Shown: positions 12,685-27,483, counted from the first letter of the stretch. The stretch: DNA of 64,000 nucleotides from Eledone cirrhosa (GCA_964016885.1 OZ024740.1:256680001-256744000), one strand, 5' to 3'. Notes: generated by a model from the letters alone, not told the origin. Program-made: numbers and translations.

Positions 12685-13210
12685 AATGACTTCATTTGTA
12701 GTTTTAAACAATTTAATTTTATAATATTATAATTTTACAATTTGGTTTTGTAGATCTAGCTTTAGTTTTAGGCATATAAGACCTTGAAACCTTTAATAGC
12801 CATGGAATAACCAACCAAATTCATACCAGAAATAAAAATTGTTGGTCTGAATTTGAGTTTATATTTGCTGAAAGCTTCTTTTCATATTTTGCTATGTTTG
12901 TAGCAATTCTTGAAAATATTTTGTTTACCAATGTAAATTATATAAATACATACATATGTATATAACTATAGTTGACTTATTAATGAGTAAACAAGTCAAA
13001 TTCATAATAACGAATGATCATTCAGCAAATTATATGCTTTCTCATCCAGTTTTTAAATTGTACATTTATTTGGTCTATGGTTGGTTCTTCCATGATTATT
13101 AAAGTTTCGAAGTCTTATATGCCAAAAACTAAAACTAGATTTACAAAACCAAATTGTAAAATTATATTATACAATTAAATTGTTTAGAACTAAAAGTGAA
13201 GTCATTCTTT
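12685..13210. repeat. Inverted repeat (about 135-bp arms), possibly a decayed PLE endonuclease C-terminus
   Basis: 12685-12820 is the reverse complement of 13075-13210; one arm reads ETLIIMEEPT..INVQ. Confidence 0.6.
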
Positions 13211-13267
13211 TCTGGAACAGGTAAAATAGTAAAAGAGTGTATATATACATATACACACACACAAACA

Positions 13268-13380
<113 letters not shown>

Positions 13381-13615
13381 TTGTTTGTGTATGTACGTAT
13401 GTTACAACTTAAAGTATTTGAATGTACATGTGTGAGAATCTATAAAAATAAAGTCACGTGTTTGTGCTTCTTTACAAATATTAATGGATGCAGATATCCC
13501 AATGGTTAAGAAAATTGCTTAGCAATCAGATTCGATCCGACAGCGCGGCAATTCAAACTCGTGACATTTACCATAACCACATGTCAACCAATGCCTTATC
13601 AATTAATATGTCGGC

Positions 13616-13856
13616 CAGTGATTCCCAACGTGGGGTAATTTGAAAATGAAGTTAATGAGAACAATCTTTCTGTTTTAGCTCATTACTGTCGGAACTCTTG
13701 TGCCCCCCCATGTTATTGTGCATCTTGAACCATATTTACGCTAAATTTTATTACACTTTGAAGTTAATTATGGCTGTTTCCATATCAGGAAGGAGTGCAT
13801 AACAATTTTCGAAATGTTGAGGTGGGACACGGTGCACAACATTTTGGGAACCATTG
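13616..13856. mobile_element. hAT-derived MITE
   Basis: TIRs cagtgattcccaa / ttgggaaccattg; 8-bp flanks only partly matching. Confidence 0.6.
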
Positions 13857-14269
13857 GCGTAGGCGTAATCTGTTAGGAAGTCCTTCGGATGGACTGAACT
13901 TGAATTCGAAAGGCCAACCTTGCCACACATGTCACGCTGAATCTCCCTGGAAATGACGTTCTGTGTACACGTTAAATTCACGAGCAAGCCGTTCCATTGT
14001 TTGAACTACTGGGACACTCACTCATCGGCGAAACCAGCAGCAATCCATCCCCAATTTATTTAAAATATAAGCATGCACACACACACACATACACAAACAT
14101 GTGTGTATGTGTGAGCGAGATAGTATGTATGCGATTATATAGTTCTGTTCTTACTTGTTCGTATATTACAGATTTATGCATATAAATATGTGTGTGTGTA
14201 GAAGGGGGGGGGGGGCTAATTTGTGGATACACGTCCATTCGTGTGTGTATGTGCGCGCGCGTGTGTGTG

Positions 14270-14535
14270 CAACGCGCGCATATATTGGTGTGTATACGTG
14301 TAAATATGTAGCATTGTATGTGTGTACGTGTAAATATGTAGCAGTTTGTGTGTGTGCGTGTGAACATGTTTGCGTGTATACGTGTAAATATAGAGCAGTG
14401 TATGTGTGCGTGCGAGTTTGCGTGTGTACGTGTAAATATGTAGTAATTTGTATGCATGCATACATGTTTGCGTGTATATGTGTAAATATGTAGCAGTGTG
14501 TGTGTGCAAGCGTGTGTACCTGTAGCAGTGTGCGT
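14270..14535. repeat. Degenerate tandem repeat (gtgtacgtgtaaatatgtagca)
   Basis: Motif recurs at least 5 times. Confidence 0.8.
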
Positions 14536-14738
14536 GTGTTTTTTTGTGTATATGTAAATATGTGATCGTGCGTACGTAAGATTGTTTCAGATGCATATAT
14601 GTGTTCATGCGTGTGAGTTTGTTTACATTAATGTGTAGCGATGTGGTGGTTGGTGGGAGGAAATAAGTCACCAATGAGCTGGCAGCTTTCTAAGGTGGGC
14701 GGTATAAAGATATTGAGGGTGGAGTTGAAGGAGGAAAT

Positions 14739-14769
<31 letters not shown>

Positions 14770-15974
14770 AAACAAGAGTAAGGGAAGAGGAAAAATTCTA
14801 GTGGTGGTGGAAGGGAGCTAGTCAGTCAGGCAAACATGCATATATATATATATATATAAAGAGAGGGGGTGGAAAGGGAGTGTTATATAGACAATGAATG
14901 AGGGAGAGGGAGATATTATATAAACGAGAGGGGGAAGGAGAGTGTTATATATTAATAGAGAGGGGGATGAAAGCGGGATATTGGAGAAAGGGGTATGAGA
15001 GTGTTACAAGGGGAGAGAGATATGCATAGAGAGAGGGGGAGTGTGATACACTTACGGAAGTGGGAGGGTAATGGATACACGATGGAAAAATATCATAGGT
15101 GTGGTAGTAAGAGGCTAAGAATTTGAGTATGACAGAAAATGGCTATGTATGACTGTGTGTGTGTGTCTGTATAGCTGTGTGTGTGAGTATGATTGTGTGG
15201 ATGGGCGTAGAAGGAAGGGCTAGGGTATGGTGCGAGTGGAGCTGAGAGAGTTTAGGGGGGGGGGTATATGTTTGTGTGTGTGTGTGTGTGTGAGAAAGAA
15301 AGAGAGAGAGAGAGAGAGAGGGGGGTGTTGTTGTAGACGGAGGCGACTGTGTATGCATTGTCGAAGTTGTTTTTTTTATTGTTTAGCCCCAGGTCAGCCC
15401 TGTTCAAGCAGATCCCTGATTTAAGATGTTCTAGTCGTGACCATCCTGACATTTCTGTATATGCAGGGAAGCCAGGACCACACTATTCAATGTGTATTTT
15501 TCTAATTTAAGAGAGACTTGGGTGTTATTTCTAGCCAAATGAGTGACCATCTAGAGACTCTCTAGATGTGATGAGCTCAAGATTTTACGAGAGAAAGAAA
15601 AAGATAAGAAACAGAGAGAGGGAGTTGACAGAGAGAAAAACTGCGTGTTAAGGGGAGTAAATACGAAGGAGAGAATGGTGAGAAGGAGGGAAAGAGAGAC
15701 AAATAAAAATTAAAAGGAATGTAGTGAGAGCAAAGGGGGAGGTGAGAGAAATGCGAAAAAATGATTGGGAGGTAGAGAAGGTAGGAGGCGGGATGTAAGG
15801 ATGACAGGCTGCTTGTGGAGGAGGAGAGTGGTTATAGTAGCAAAGGAAGATGATAGTGTGGTGGTAGTGGGAGTAGACAACAGTACAGTGAGATGGGGAA
15901 ACAAAGAGATGACGGGGGTGCAGAGATCCTTAGCATATTATAGTGTGTCTGTGCGCGCGCGTGTGAATGTATAG

Positions 15975-16200
15975 TGATGGCGCGTGTCTTAGCGTTTAGT
16001 GTTGCCTTACCATTGAAGATTATGAGTTCGATTCACGGAGGTGCGTTGTCTTTGAGCAGGGCACTTTATTTCACGTTACTCAATTGTATTTGTAGTTCAA
16101 AGAGCCATCTTCGTCACACACTGTGTCACACTGATTCTCCTTGAGAACTATGATAAGAATATATGTATCTCTGGAATGTTGAGCCACTTACAGTTTAACA
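15975..16200 (+). mobile_element. tRNA-derived SINE, family B
   Basis: gagttcgattc B-box then ttgagcagggcactttatttcacgtt, shared with 52540-52700, 54905 and 55970. Confidence 0.75.
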
Positions 16201-16750
16201 CTGTAGCTGTGTCACACTATATGTGTGTAACACAGTAATTGCGTGTCGTACTGTCGATGAGTGTAACACTAGCTGTGTGACACTGTAGTTGTATAACACC
16301 CTGGAGATGTGTGTGACACTGTAGTTGTGTGTCACCCTTTAGATATGGGGAACTATATCTATGACACTCTAGCTGTGTGACACTAGCTGTGTGACACTAG
16401 CCGTGTGACATTAACTGTGTGACATTCTAGCTGTGTGACACTCTAGCTGTATGGCACTGTATGGCACTGTGTGACGCTCTAGTTGTGACACTAATTGTGT
16501 GACACTAGCTGTATGACACTAATTGTGTGACATTAGCTGTGTGGCACTATAACTGTGTGACAATCTAGCTGTGTGGCACTCTAGCTGTGTGACATTAGCT
16601 GTGTGACACTATATGTGTGTAACACTAGATATGTGACAATCTAACTGTGTGACACTCTGCGTCACACTGAAGCTGTATGACGCACTGTAGACAAGTGGGA
16701 CACTATACCTGTGTGTCGCACGCACTGTAGATGAATGTAAAACTGTAGAC
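16200..16750. repeat. 14-16-bp minisatellite (ctagctgtgtgacac)
   Basis: Directly visible tandem array. Confidence 0.9.
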
Positions 16751-17392
16751 TTAATCGTTTGAGTTTCGGACGAGGTCTATCTCAACAGTGTCTGTTCCGA
16801 ATCTTTATGTATTCTTTACTGGAGTTCGATCAATAGTACAAGTATTACAAAGGGCTGAACCCAATCTACGAAAAGAGACTGTTCATGAAATTCTAATGAA
16901 CTCACAAAAGCTAACGAGGTGTGCACTCAGGGGCCTACACACCTGTTGTGTGCCGGGTGTGGGTGTGTATGTGTGTGTGTTTAGGGGCGTACTCGTTCGT
17001 AGCTCTGTATTGTTACCCATATCGGATGGCAAAGAAGATCATGTACTCAAAACTAAAGCACGCCAAGATGGCGATTCAAAGACGATATTCGCAATACAGT
17101 CAATAAATGTTCAATACCGTTGGGTGATTGTGAAAACTTTGCGAAGGACAGGAAAGTCAAATGAGCGACAATTAACTAAGGAACCTCTGTGAAACAACCG
17201 CTCGGAGCAGGAGAGACACGCCAACGTCAATGTCAACAGTAACTTATACAGAACAGAAGTTGCCTGTAGATGAGAGACGTGTGGGATCAGCGAGCAGATC
17301 CCGCTTCGATCTGAGCTCACACATGAGTGAATGTATCAGTAGATGTCAACGGGAGGGGGAGGAGTCATTGTCAGAAGAAGAGAGAATAAGAT

Positions 17393-17503
<111 letters not shown>

Positions 17504-17659
17504 TTAAAACATGGAAAAGAACCGATCGTCAAATTAGTCCAAGGAAACTATTTCGATTGGTCTTTACACTATCTGCTGATTTCAACCCCATACGATATAC
17601 ATACGTACGCATATATATTAGTATAGGTGCTCTGAAATATCGATGTATATATGAATGTA

Positions 17660-18212
17660 CGTATAGTATTTTTGATAATAAACTGTATGTTTATTTTAAA
17701 ATATTTTGAAGAGCATTCACTATGAATTTTAAAGTAGTGACTACGCCACATACCCAGTCTCGGCAAAAGCAAAGCGAAGTAATCGGTGGCACAACCGTTT
17801 CTCACTTGTAAGTGGTTGTCACGACTACATATCCCTTCGCTTCTGCCGAGGGTTATAGAAGCTGGATTCTTATAGAATTCCAGTTATGTTTACGAGCTGT
17901 TTATTTCATAGCACCAATACTAACTTCTAATTTTTGCTGGGCCGGCCACTGCTCTGTATGTTAATGAGTTTAAACAGTACGTAAACATAACTGGAATCCT
18001 ATAAGAATCCAGTTTCTATACCTCTCGGCACAAGCGAAGTGGTATGTAGTCTTGACAACCACTTACAAGTGAGAAACGGTGACCGTCAATTGCTCCCCTT
18101 TGCTTTTGCTGAGACTAGGTATATGACGTTAGTCTCTACTTTAAAATTCATAGCGAATGGTCTTCAACATGTTTTTAAAAAAAACATACAGTATATTATC
18201 AAATATACTATA
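17660..18212. repeat. Fold-back element, arms about 240 bp
   Basis: 17660-17905 is the reverse complement of 17970-18212 (e.g. ccgtttctcacttgtaagtggttgtca / tgacaaccacttacaagtgagaaacgg). Confidence 0.85.
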
Positions 18213-18246
18213 CACACACACACACACACACACACACCACACACAC

Positions 18247-18300
<54 letters not shown>

Positions 18301-18660
18301 TAAGAAAAATGAATATATATTGTATCGGTGTGTAATGTTTAGTTATTGATGGTTCACCAGTTTGATCACTTAATAACAATAAGGAGCAGGAACGAATCGT
18401 CAACATAACATCACTATGTTTATTCACACGTGACGCTCGTTATGCGATCGAACAGCTCAACACGATCGGTAGTGATCGGGCCCGACTCGGGAATCGATTG
18501 CTAATCAGATTTATGATGAGATATCGAATCCAGAATCGGGCTTCATCACTACCGAGCGTACCTTAAGATGATCGAACCCGAAAAGCGCTTGATGTGTGAA
18601 TAATATATTTGATTTATATTGATAATTCATTCCTGTTTCTCATTACCCCCCCCCCCCCCC

Positions 18661-18694
<34 letters not shown>

Positions 18695-18859
18695 AAGTAA
18701 ACGAGATATCATTTAAGGTTACTAAGCTCAGGTTACGAGTAATCTGTACGGAGGAATATTTCAGCGTACGGTGCTAGTTGACTCAACAAGATGTTTACTT
18801 AGTTAGGTTTTTCGGAGTGTAGATTTCTGAAAGTTCCATGATGCAATTCCCCGGATGCA

Positions 18860-19705
18860 ATCAAGGCAACAGAATCAGTGTATATAAGGGAATCAGGACA
18901 GGGTTAAAAACTAACGTGGAAAAAGATGCGAATGGAGTTTGCCCCATGTATAGGAACACATTTTAGAACAGAATAGAGAGGATAAGGAAGAAGGTGATTA
19001 AGTTTAACTTGTATGACAGCAACACACACGGGAGTGTGATGTTCATCGATGCTACCCTCAGAGGCAAACCAGTTTATAGATTTAGAAGGGTTTTAGGTAA
19101 ACAAAAACTGAAAATCAATGTAGTAGGAAAAAACAGCAATCTTCATCAGATCCTCATTCAGAACTTACCCATTTAGAAAACCCCCTTTACTGAAAGACAC
19201 TGCCTAGTGTGTAATGTAATTCCATAGATAAAGTGTAAACTAGAAATATAGTATATAGCATAAGATGCACAAGGGGATAATATAGAAACACGACATAGAC
19301 GTGCATAGGACACACGGTCCACAATGTAGAAATGATGAAGGAGCACTGGCTAGAAATCAAAGACAAAAGAAATTATCAGTTTACCTCCAATTTGCCTAAC
19401 TAGAACATGGTGTCTCACTGGAAAACATCGAGGTAAAAATTATACACTTAAAGAAAACCGACGCAATGGTCAGACAAGTTAAGAAAGCCAATCATATAAA
19501 AGAAACTAAACTCACCATCAACAGCAAGCAGAAATGGAACAGTAACATCCACATAACCAAGTGTCTTATAACAAAAACATTATCACACATACGAATAGAT
19601 GAATGCACAAACAGAAATAAACCTAACCTCAATAGAGGGTAGGAAGAGAATAGTAACGACTTCAGGACCTACTGAAAAGTGATAAGAATATTACGACACA
19701 CAGGA
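18860..19705 (+). mobile_element. Highly decayed Penelope-like element 3' part with degenerate HHR (19668-19704)
   Basis: SVMFIDATLRG...KLKINVVGK linker and CLVC; similar to the PLE pieces at 22618 and 23300-23590; ctgaaaa gtgata agaa tattac gaca. Confidence 0.55.
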
Positions 19706-19829
19706 TAACACAAGCAAACAGACAAGCGTAGAGATGTTGAACATAGATAAGTAAAGAAATTCGAAGGGTGACAAATAAAAAAACCACCCTGTTACACAAT
19801 AACCGATGAGTTACTAATAATGACTTTTA

Positions 19830-20020
19830 AATTAGACACAAGGCCAACAATATTTTGGGGGAATAAAGACGATTATATCCACACAAATAATTGACTGGTA
19901 CTTTATTTTATTGACCTCCGAAAAATGAATGGCAAAGTTGACTTCAAAGGTACCAGAATGTAGAATTTCGTAATAAATACTGCAAAACATTTTTTCCAAC
20001 GTTATACTGATACCACCGGC
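19830..20020 (-). mobile_element. SINE family A, diverged
   Basis: actggtactttattttattgacc...ggcaaagttgac. Confidence 0.75.
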
Positions 20021-20160
20021 CATTACTTAACGAATAAAGAATAATAAAGGTGAATGAAAAAAATCGACTGGTGCTTCTGTATTTATTGACAGCGTGACCC
20101 TGATAAATTATAATATATAGAGATATATATAACTTTTTATTACATCAACGATATATTTTC

Positions 20161-20217
20161 AGAATACACATATTTCACTTGCAAGGTCTAATATAAGCCC
20201 TCAGCTCGTCAGTTCGA
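20161..20217 (-). ncRNA. Hammerhead ribozyme motif, core intact
   Basis: gaa CTGACGA gct gaggg..atat..accttgca agt GAAA tatgtg T a ttc. Confidence 0.6.
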
Positions 20218-20969
20218 CCATTATAAAATTTTATAGCACAACTCGTCCCTCGGATATTGCGAAATTAAACTACATTATATATGTGTGTGTGTGTGTGAGG
20301 GTAGATAAGGATTTGTTTATGTATATCAAGAATGAATGCTTAAACACGATAACTGCTTACAAGAGAATTTGACTCGACAGTATCCTTTGATTCGTATATA
20401 ATATGTATTCAAGCAGGGGAATATGGTATACTTGTCCATATATATTGTAGTCAGCATATGTAGACTATTATAAAAGGCACAGAAACATATGTTAAAGCAA
20501 ATAAATTCTTCTACTATCTCTTCTCACCGATGACTATATTTCTCATGGTGCTACACTTTGTACGTGGGTGCATGCATCTGGGGGAAACATCATTCTAGGT
20601 ATGAATAATGAATGTATTATACTGAGAAAAATACATAGCCAGTGGTTACTAGATTACTCTGGTATTTGATATTCGTTTGAATGTTCGATGAACAAATGTC
20701 ATGCAGCAGTGGTCAACTATTATCACTTATTGCTGAAAAATGGCTGCTTGTAAAATGTAGACAAAGATTCACCGTGGTTTTTTGGTGAGTCCAAAAAGAT
20801 GAACGTGTTGTGGTATGTGTTCATAAAATTATTGATTTGATAATACCTAATGAGGATGAAATATTTGTAAATACAAATTTACCCCAAGTGTAATTACTTA
20901 AGACAATAGGAATTCCCAGAAAATATATATATATATGAAGGAATTTGTAGTCTACCTGAAGCATTGTAT

Positions 20970-21275
20970 ATATAAAGAATTCGAAGTTTGAAAGCCACTA
21001 CAATGCGGGTTTGGACGGCAAATAATTAAATCGTAAGAAACAGGGGTTGCGTTTTAACCTTGCTATACCATGCTGAAATAGTTCCTTTATTTTCCTCGAA
21101 AGAAGAGATTTTAATTTCGAAATATCAGGACATGAATAAATTAGGGCAAAAAAACAACCCCTGTTTCTTACAAAACATTGCCGTGGCTTTCAAACTTCGA
21201 ATTCGTTATATATATATATATCAGCAACCCCTGTTTCTTACAAAACATTGTCGTGGCTTTCAAACTTCGAATTCG

Positions 21276-21313
<38 letters not shown>

Positions 21314-21409
21314 AACTTCGAATTCGTTATATATATATATATATATTATATATATATATATATATATAACGAATTCGAAGTTTGAAAGCCACGACAATGT
21401 TTTGTAAGA

Positions 21410-21410
<1 letters not shown>
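20970..21410. repeat. Tandem and inverted modules of about 60 bp separated by (TA)n
   Basis: gaattcgaagtttgaaagccac occurs in both orientations, 5 copies including one partial. Confidence 0.85.
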
Positions 21411-21440
<30 letters not shown>

Positions 21441-21919
21441 GCATATATATATACATATACAGTATATGCATATATATATATATATATACATATATATTCA
21501 TATATATATATACATTGTTGAAAATTGCAAACTCGACTGTCACCACGTACTATAAACCTGAAGATTGCGAAAGCATGAAAGTACTTGTTCAATTAACACT
21601 TAGAATTTAATATTCTATCATACTATTTCATTATAATACCATTATATATTTTAAAGGATTGTAAATAAAACGAGTAAATCAGACAAAGTTGGAATTCCTC
21701 TTATTAATATAATCTTCTATACACAATCATACACACCCGTGTATATTTACCTATCTATATCTATATATATATACATACATATGCATATATATATATATAC
21801 ATATATATGCATATATACATATATATATATATATATACATATATATGCATATATATATATATATACATATATATGCATATATATATATATATACATATAT
21901 ATGCATATATATATATATA

Positions 21920-22072
21920 TATTGTTACACTTTGGGAGGGTCATGCTGCCAATAAGAAACACTGGTGCGTGTGTTTCTTATTGGCAGCATGACCCTCCCA
22001 AAGTGTAACAATATCGGTTTCAACACACGATTTCAGATAAAGAATCTTGCTAAACAAATTCAGAAACGAAAT
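21920..22072. repeat. Fold-back terminus of family F3
   Basis: Near-perfect hairpin at 21919-22014; homologous to 27920-28110. Confidence 0.85.
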
Positions 22073-22437
22073 ATATATATATATATATATATACATATAT
22101 ATGCATATATATATATATATACATATATATGCATATATATATATATATATATATATATGTAGATAAATCTACCAAAATGTACGGTAGTGTCCAATCCGTA
22201 TGAGGAACTCAATGTAATCCAAATATCATGAAAAGAGAAGATGTATTCAAAGTTTTTTCGATGAAACACACAGGAAAACAGAGTCAAGATAAATTAATAA
22301 AAATAATGAATAAAAACAAAGAAACAGTTCCTTATATTAAAAAAATCATCATTTTATAATCGTTTCTAGGATATATAGGTGTGTGTTGGTATGTATATCA
22401 TATAGATCTATGTAAAATGTTTACAAACTATCAGAGG

Positions 22438-22494
<57 letters not shown>

Positions 22495-22617
22495 CATATA
22501 TATGTATATATATATATATATATGCATATATATGTATATATATATGCATATATATGTATATATATATATATGCATATATATGTATATATATATATGAATA
22601 TATATGTATATATATAT

Positions 22618-23705
22618 GGGAAATTAGCTAACCAGTGTAGAAAGGCCCAGAGAAAGACCCACTTAAAAATAAAGGTGGTAGAAAAGCCAGGAACCACCAT
22701 AAAATCCCTGATCAGCAAAACCTAATCCTTTATATTTGCGTAATATTGCCAGAATTAATAACAGAACACACTCACTGTTTGGTTGGTTTTCGCTTCTCGC
22801 TGTCTTTTATATCTGCGATCTAACTTACTCGGTCCTCAATGTTGCCATTGACTGACCGACGGTCAAAAATAATACAGATACAATATAGACACAAACACAT
22901 ATATATAGTTTACATAATTTACATAAATCTTTCGTTGCACATCTGCAACATCGTCAGTGGTGTTATATTCTTTGCTCCTCCTGTTGTGTTGTATGTCTAC
23001 GCCATTTTTTATTCAGTCTGTCTATATATTTATTTATTTATTTGCTTGTTTGTTTATCTTATTTTATTTTGTCTTCTTTCCGCATGCGTTTGCGTGTGTG
23101 CATAGTGTTATGTGTGCTGTGTGACTAGTGTGTATAGTGTTGTGTATGCTGGGTGACTAGTGTGTGTTTATGTGCTTGTTGTTATTGTGCTTGTGTATGT
23201 ATTTATTTATCTTATTTTATTTTATTTTATTTACTTATTTATACTTCTCTTAGGTCAGTGTTGTTTGTTTGGGTGTTGTTGTTGTTCCACTCATTCTTTC
23301 TGTTTAGCTTTGGTCTTCTAATTTCTATTTCACTGGCCTCTCTGATTTGCCTATCTGCTGGGTCATTCCTATGTTTAGATATTATTCTAATTTCTATGTT
23401 GTCTATGTTACCGTCATGTTGTTGTCTAGCATGTTCGTATAGTACTGACCCGTTTTTTCGTCCTTTTAGTTCCCCCAGTGTTGGTCTATCCTTTCACCTA
23501 TGCTACGAGCTGTCTCACCTATGTATGTTGTTGTCATGTTTCTGCAAGTACCCTCTGTACATCTTATGCTATAGAGTACGTTTCTAGTTTTACAGTTTAT
23601 CCGGATATAAAAGACAGCGAGAAGCGAAAACCAACCAAACAGTGAGTGTGTTCTGTTATTAATTCTGGCAATATTACGCAAATATGACCCTCCTCAAGTA
23701 TAACA
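22618..23705 (-). mobile_element. Penelope-like element 3' part: GIY-YIG endonuclease, pLTR with HHR, inverted pLTR copy
   Basis: Minus 23590-23290 reads CKTRNVLYSIRCTEGTC...YIGETARSIGERIDQH, SVLYEHARQQH...RQIREASEI.IRRPKLNRKNEW; 22733-22813 is inverted at 23603-23685; linker [26 protein letters not shown] on + at 22618. Confidence 0.85.
22921..22960 (-). ncRNA. Hammerhead ribozyme motif in the PLE pLTR
   Basis: cca CTGACGA t gttgca gatg tgcaac GAAA gatt T a tgt; stem I weak. Confidence 0.65.
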
Positions 23706-23713
23706 ATATATGT

Positions 23714-23808
<95 letters not shown>

Positions 23809-23872
23809 TATATATATATATATATATGCATATATATATATATATGTATGCATGTATATATATATATATATA

Positions 23873-24040
23873 AATTTTAGTATAGCATTAACGAAGCTTT
23901 AGGCTGCAGCTAAGCTAACGAATGCAAATTCGGAATGTAGCTTTACCACTCGATGGGGAATAATACCCCAGAGTAATAACAATACGTTTAGACAGCTTTG
24001 CAAATCAAATATAGCGATCGGCAGTCCAGCCACATTGATA
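23873..24040. repeat. (TA)n-flanked element, inverted copy at 27123-27293
   Basis: Near-identical reverse complement; diverged relative at about 29150-29255. Confidence 0.85.
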
Positions 24041-24349
24041 TATATATGCAAATATATGTATATATATATAAGTGCCGACCTACATATATTCCTACGGACT
24101 ATGTGTATGCTTCTACATAACCTGGCAATTATTTTCCCAATTTGTAGAAAACTTATAATGAAACGATCGTTTGGAAAGAGGTATGTATTTTAATTATGAC
24201 TCATATAAAATAATACAACTGACTATCCGCAAAATACGTATAGTTAGCACCACAAAAGTATAATTGGGATTATACTAAGGTATATCCTGATGTTTGTAGA
24301 GTGAGACGGAAGCCGGTCGGAGTATTGCTTAAAGCTTTCTCTGTTAATG

Positions 24350-24432
<83 letters not shown>

Positions 24433-24449
24433 TATATATATATATATGT

Positions 24450-24715
24450 CTAAGGTGGGTAAAATTCCCGAGATCCATGGACGAGTTCTCTCCAGCGGTC
24501 TCTGTCCCTCATTATCGCTGCCATGTCCTGCATCTCCAACAGACCAGTGTCTGTCCTTAGGGCATCAACATACGTTAACCTTGGTCTTCCTCTTCTAGTG
24601 TGTCCATGTAGGGGCTCCCAAAGGAGTACTGAGTGCAATGTCAACTCTGGATGTCGGTGAGCATGTCCAGCTAACCACAGTCTCCTCTGTTTCGCTTTTG
24701 AGCTGACTTTTGGGA
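24450..24715 (-). mobile_element. RTE-clade LINE 3' fragment
   Basis: [49 protein letters not shown]...RDRWR. Confidence 0.8.
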
Positions 24716-25886
<1,171 letters not shown>

Positions 25887-26078
25887 GAAAAAATGAAACG
25901 AAATTTCATTTTCCACTCTTAGTACGGCTGTTACTTAAATATAAGTATGTACACGTACATACATATATGTATACAGACGTTTATTATAATGCTCGGTGTG
26001 CTTGTAAACAAACATCCCGTATTAAGCCGTAGTGTCTAGCAACCATCGTTGCTCGCTTGTTCAACACTGACAAAGGAC

Positions 26079-26119
26079 CGCTGTACTAGTTTCAAGCTTA
26101 TTAGCTATCGTCAGCAACG
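26079..26119 (-). ncRNA. Intact minimal type-I hammerhead ribozyme
   Basis: cgttg CTGACGA t agct aata agct t GAAA ctag T a cagcg. Confidence 0.85.
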
Positions 26120-26764
26120 TATACCTTCCTGCCAGATGTTGAACGTATATGCTTACCTTATGCATATCAACGGCTGAGTAGCCCAATTTGCATATCGAGT
26201 GGGTTAATCGGCCGGGTGCAACGAAAACGATAAACGGAAAAAATGAAACGAAATTTCATTTCCCACTCTTAGTACGGCTGTTAAATATAAGTATGTACAC
26301 GTACATACATATATGTATACAGACGTACAGTAGTATGTATATATATATATATCATGCACACATATATATATATGTACGTATTCAGCGTTCCTTTGCCAGT
26401 GTTGAAAAAAGCGAGCAACGATGGTTGCTACACACTACGGCTTAATACGGGATGTTTGTTTACAAGCACACCGAGCATTATAATAAATGTTCGGTGAATC
26501 CATACGTACATATATATATGTGTGCATGTATGTATATATATACATACTACTGTACGTCTGTATACATATATGTATGTACGTGTACATACTTATATTTAAG
26601 TAACAGCCGTACTAAGAGTGGGAAATGAAATATCGTTTCATTTTTTCCGTTTATCGTATTCGGTGCACGCGGCCGATTAACCCACTCGATATGCAAATTG
26701 GGCTACTGAGCCGTTGATATAAATAAGGTAAGTATATACGTTCAACAATCTGGCGGGAAGGTAT

Positions 26765-26807
26765 ACGTTGCTGACGATAGCTAATAAGCTTGAAACTAGT
26801 ACAGCGT
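26765..26807 (+). ncRNA. Intact minimal type-I hammerhead ribozyme (GUA site, predicted cut after 26801)
   Basis: acgttg CTGACGA t agct aata agct t GAAA ctag T a cagcgt; 6-bp stem I; palindromic ACTAGT stem III. Confidence 0.88.
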
Positions 26808-26999
26808 TCCTCTGTCAGTGTTGAACAAGCGAGCAACGATGGTTGCTAGACACTACGGCTTAATACGGGATGTTTGTTTACAAGCACACCGAGCAATATA
26901 ATAAATGTTCGGTGAATCCATACGTACATATATATATGTGTGCATGTATGTATATACATATACATACTACTGTACGTCTGTATACATATATGTATGTAC

Positions 27000-27076
<77 letters not shown>

Positions 27077-27078
27077 TT

Positions 27079-27127
<49 letters not shown>

Positions 27128-27289
27128 ATGTGGCTGGACTGCCGATTGCTATATTTGATTTGCAAAGCTGTCTAAACGTATTGTTATTACTCTGGGGTAT
27201 TATTCCCCATCGAGTGGTAAAACTACATTCCGAATTTGCATTCGTTAGCTTAGCTGCAGCCTAAAGCTTCGTTAATGCTATATACTAAA

Positions 27290-27338
<49 letters not shown>

Positions 27339-27432
27339 TATACATATATATGCATATATATACATATATATGTATATATATGTATATATATGTATATATA
27401 TATATGTATATGTATATATATATATGTATATG

Positions 27433-27483
<51 letters not shown>

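Larger units (their letters stand above)
25882..27006. mobile_element. Tandem and inverted array of a roughly 350-bp HHR-bearing unit (family F4)
   Basis: Unit repeats at 25882/26233 on one strand and is inverted at 26390-27006; embedded in (TA)n. Confidence 0.85.

Noticed and set aside
22165-22440. Possible decayed PLE RT fragment on the minus strand (YLDYIEFLI)
   Set aside because: Too degenerate to call without a profile search
24283-24325. ctgatgt...ggaagccggtc and similar strings at 36945-37010 and 42950-42980
   Set aside because: Several core mismatches and poor stems; possibly old HHR relics but not supportable individually
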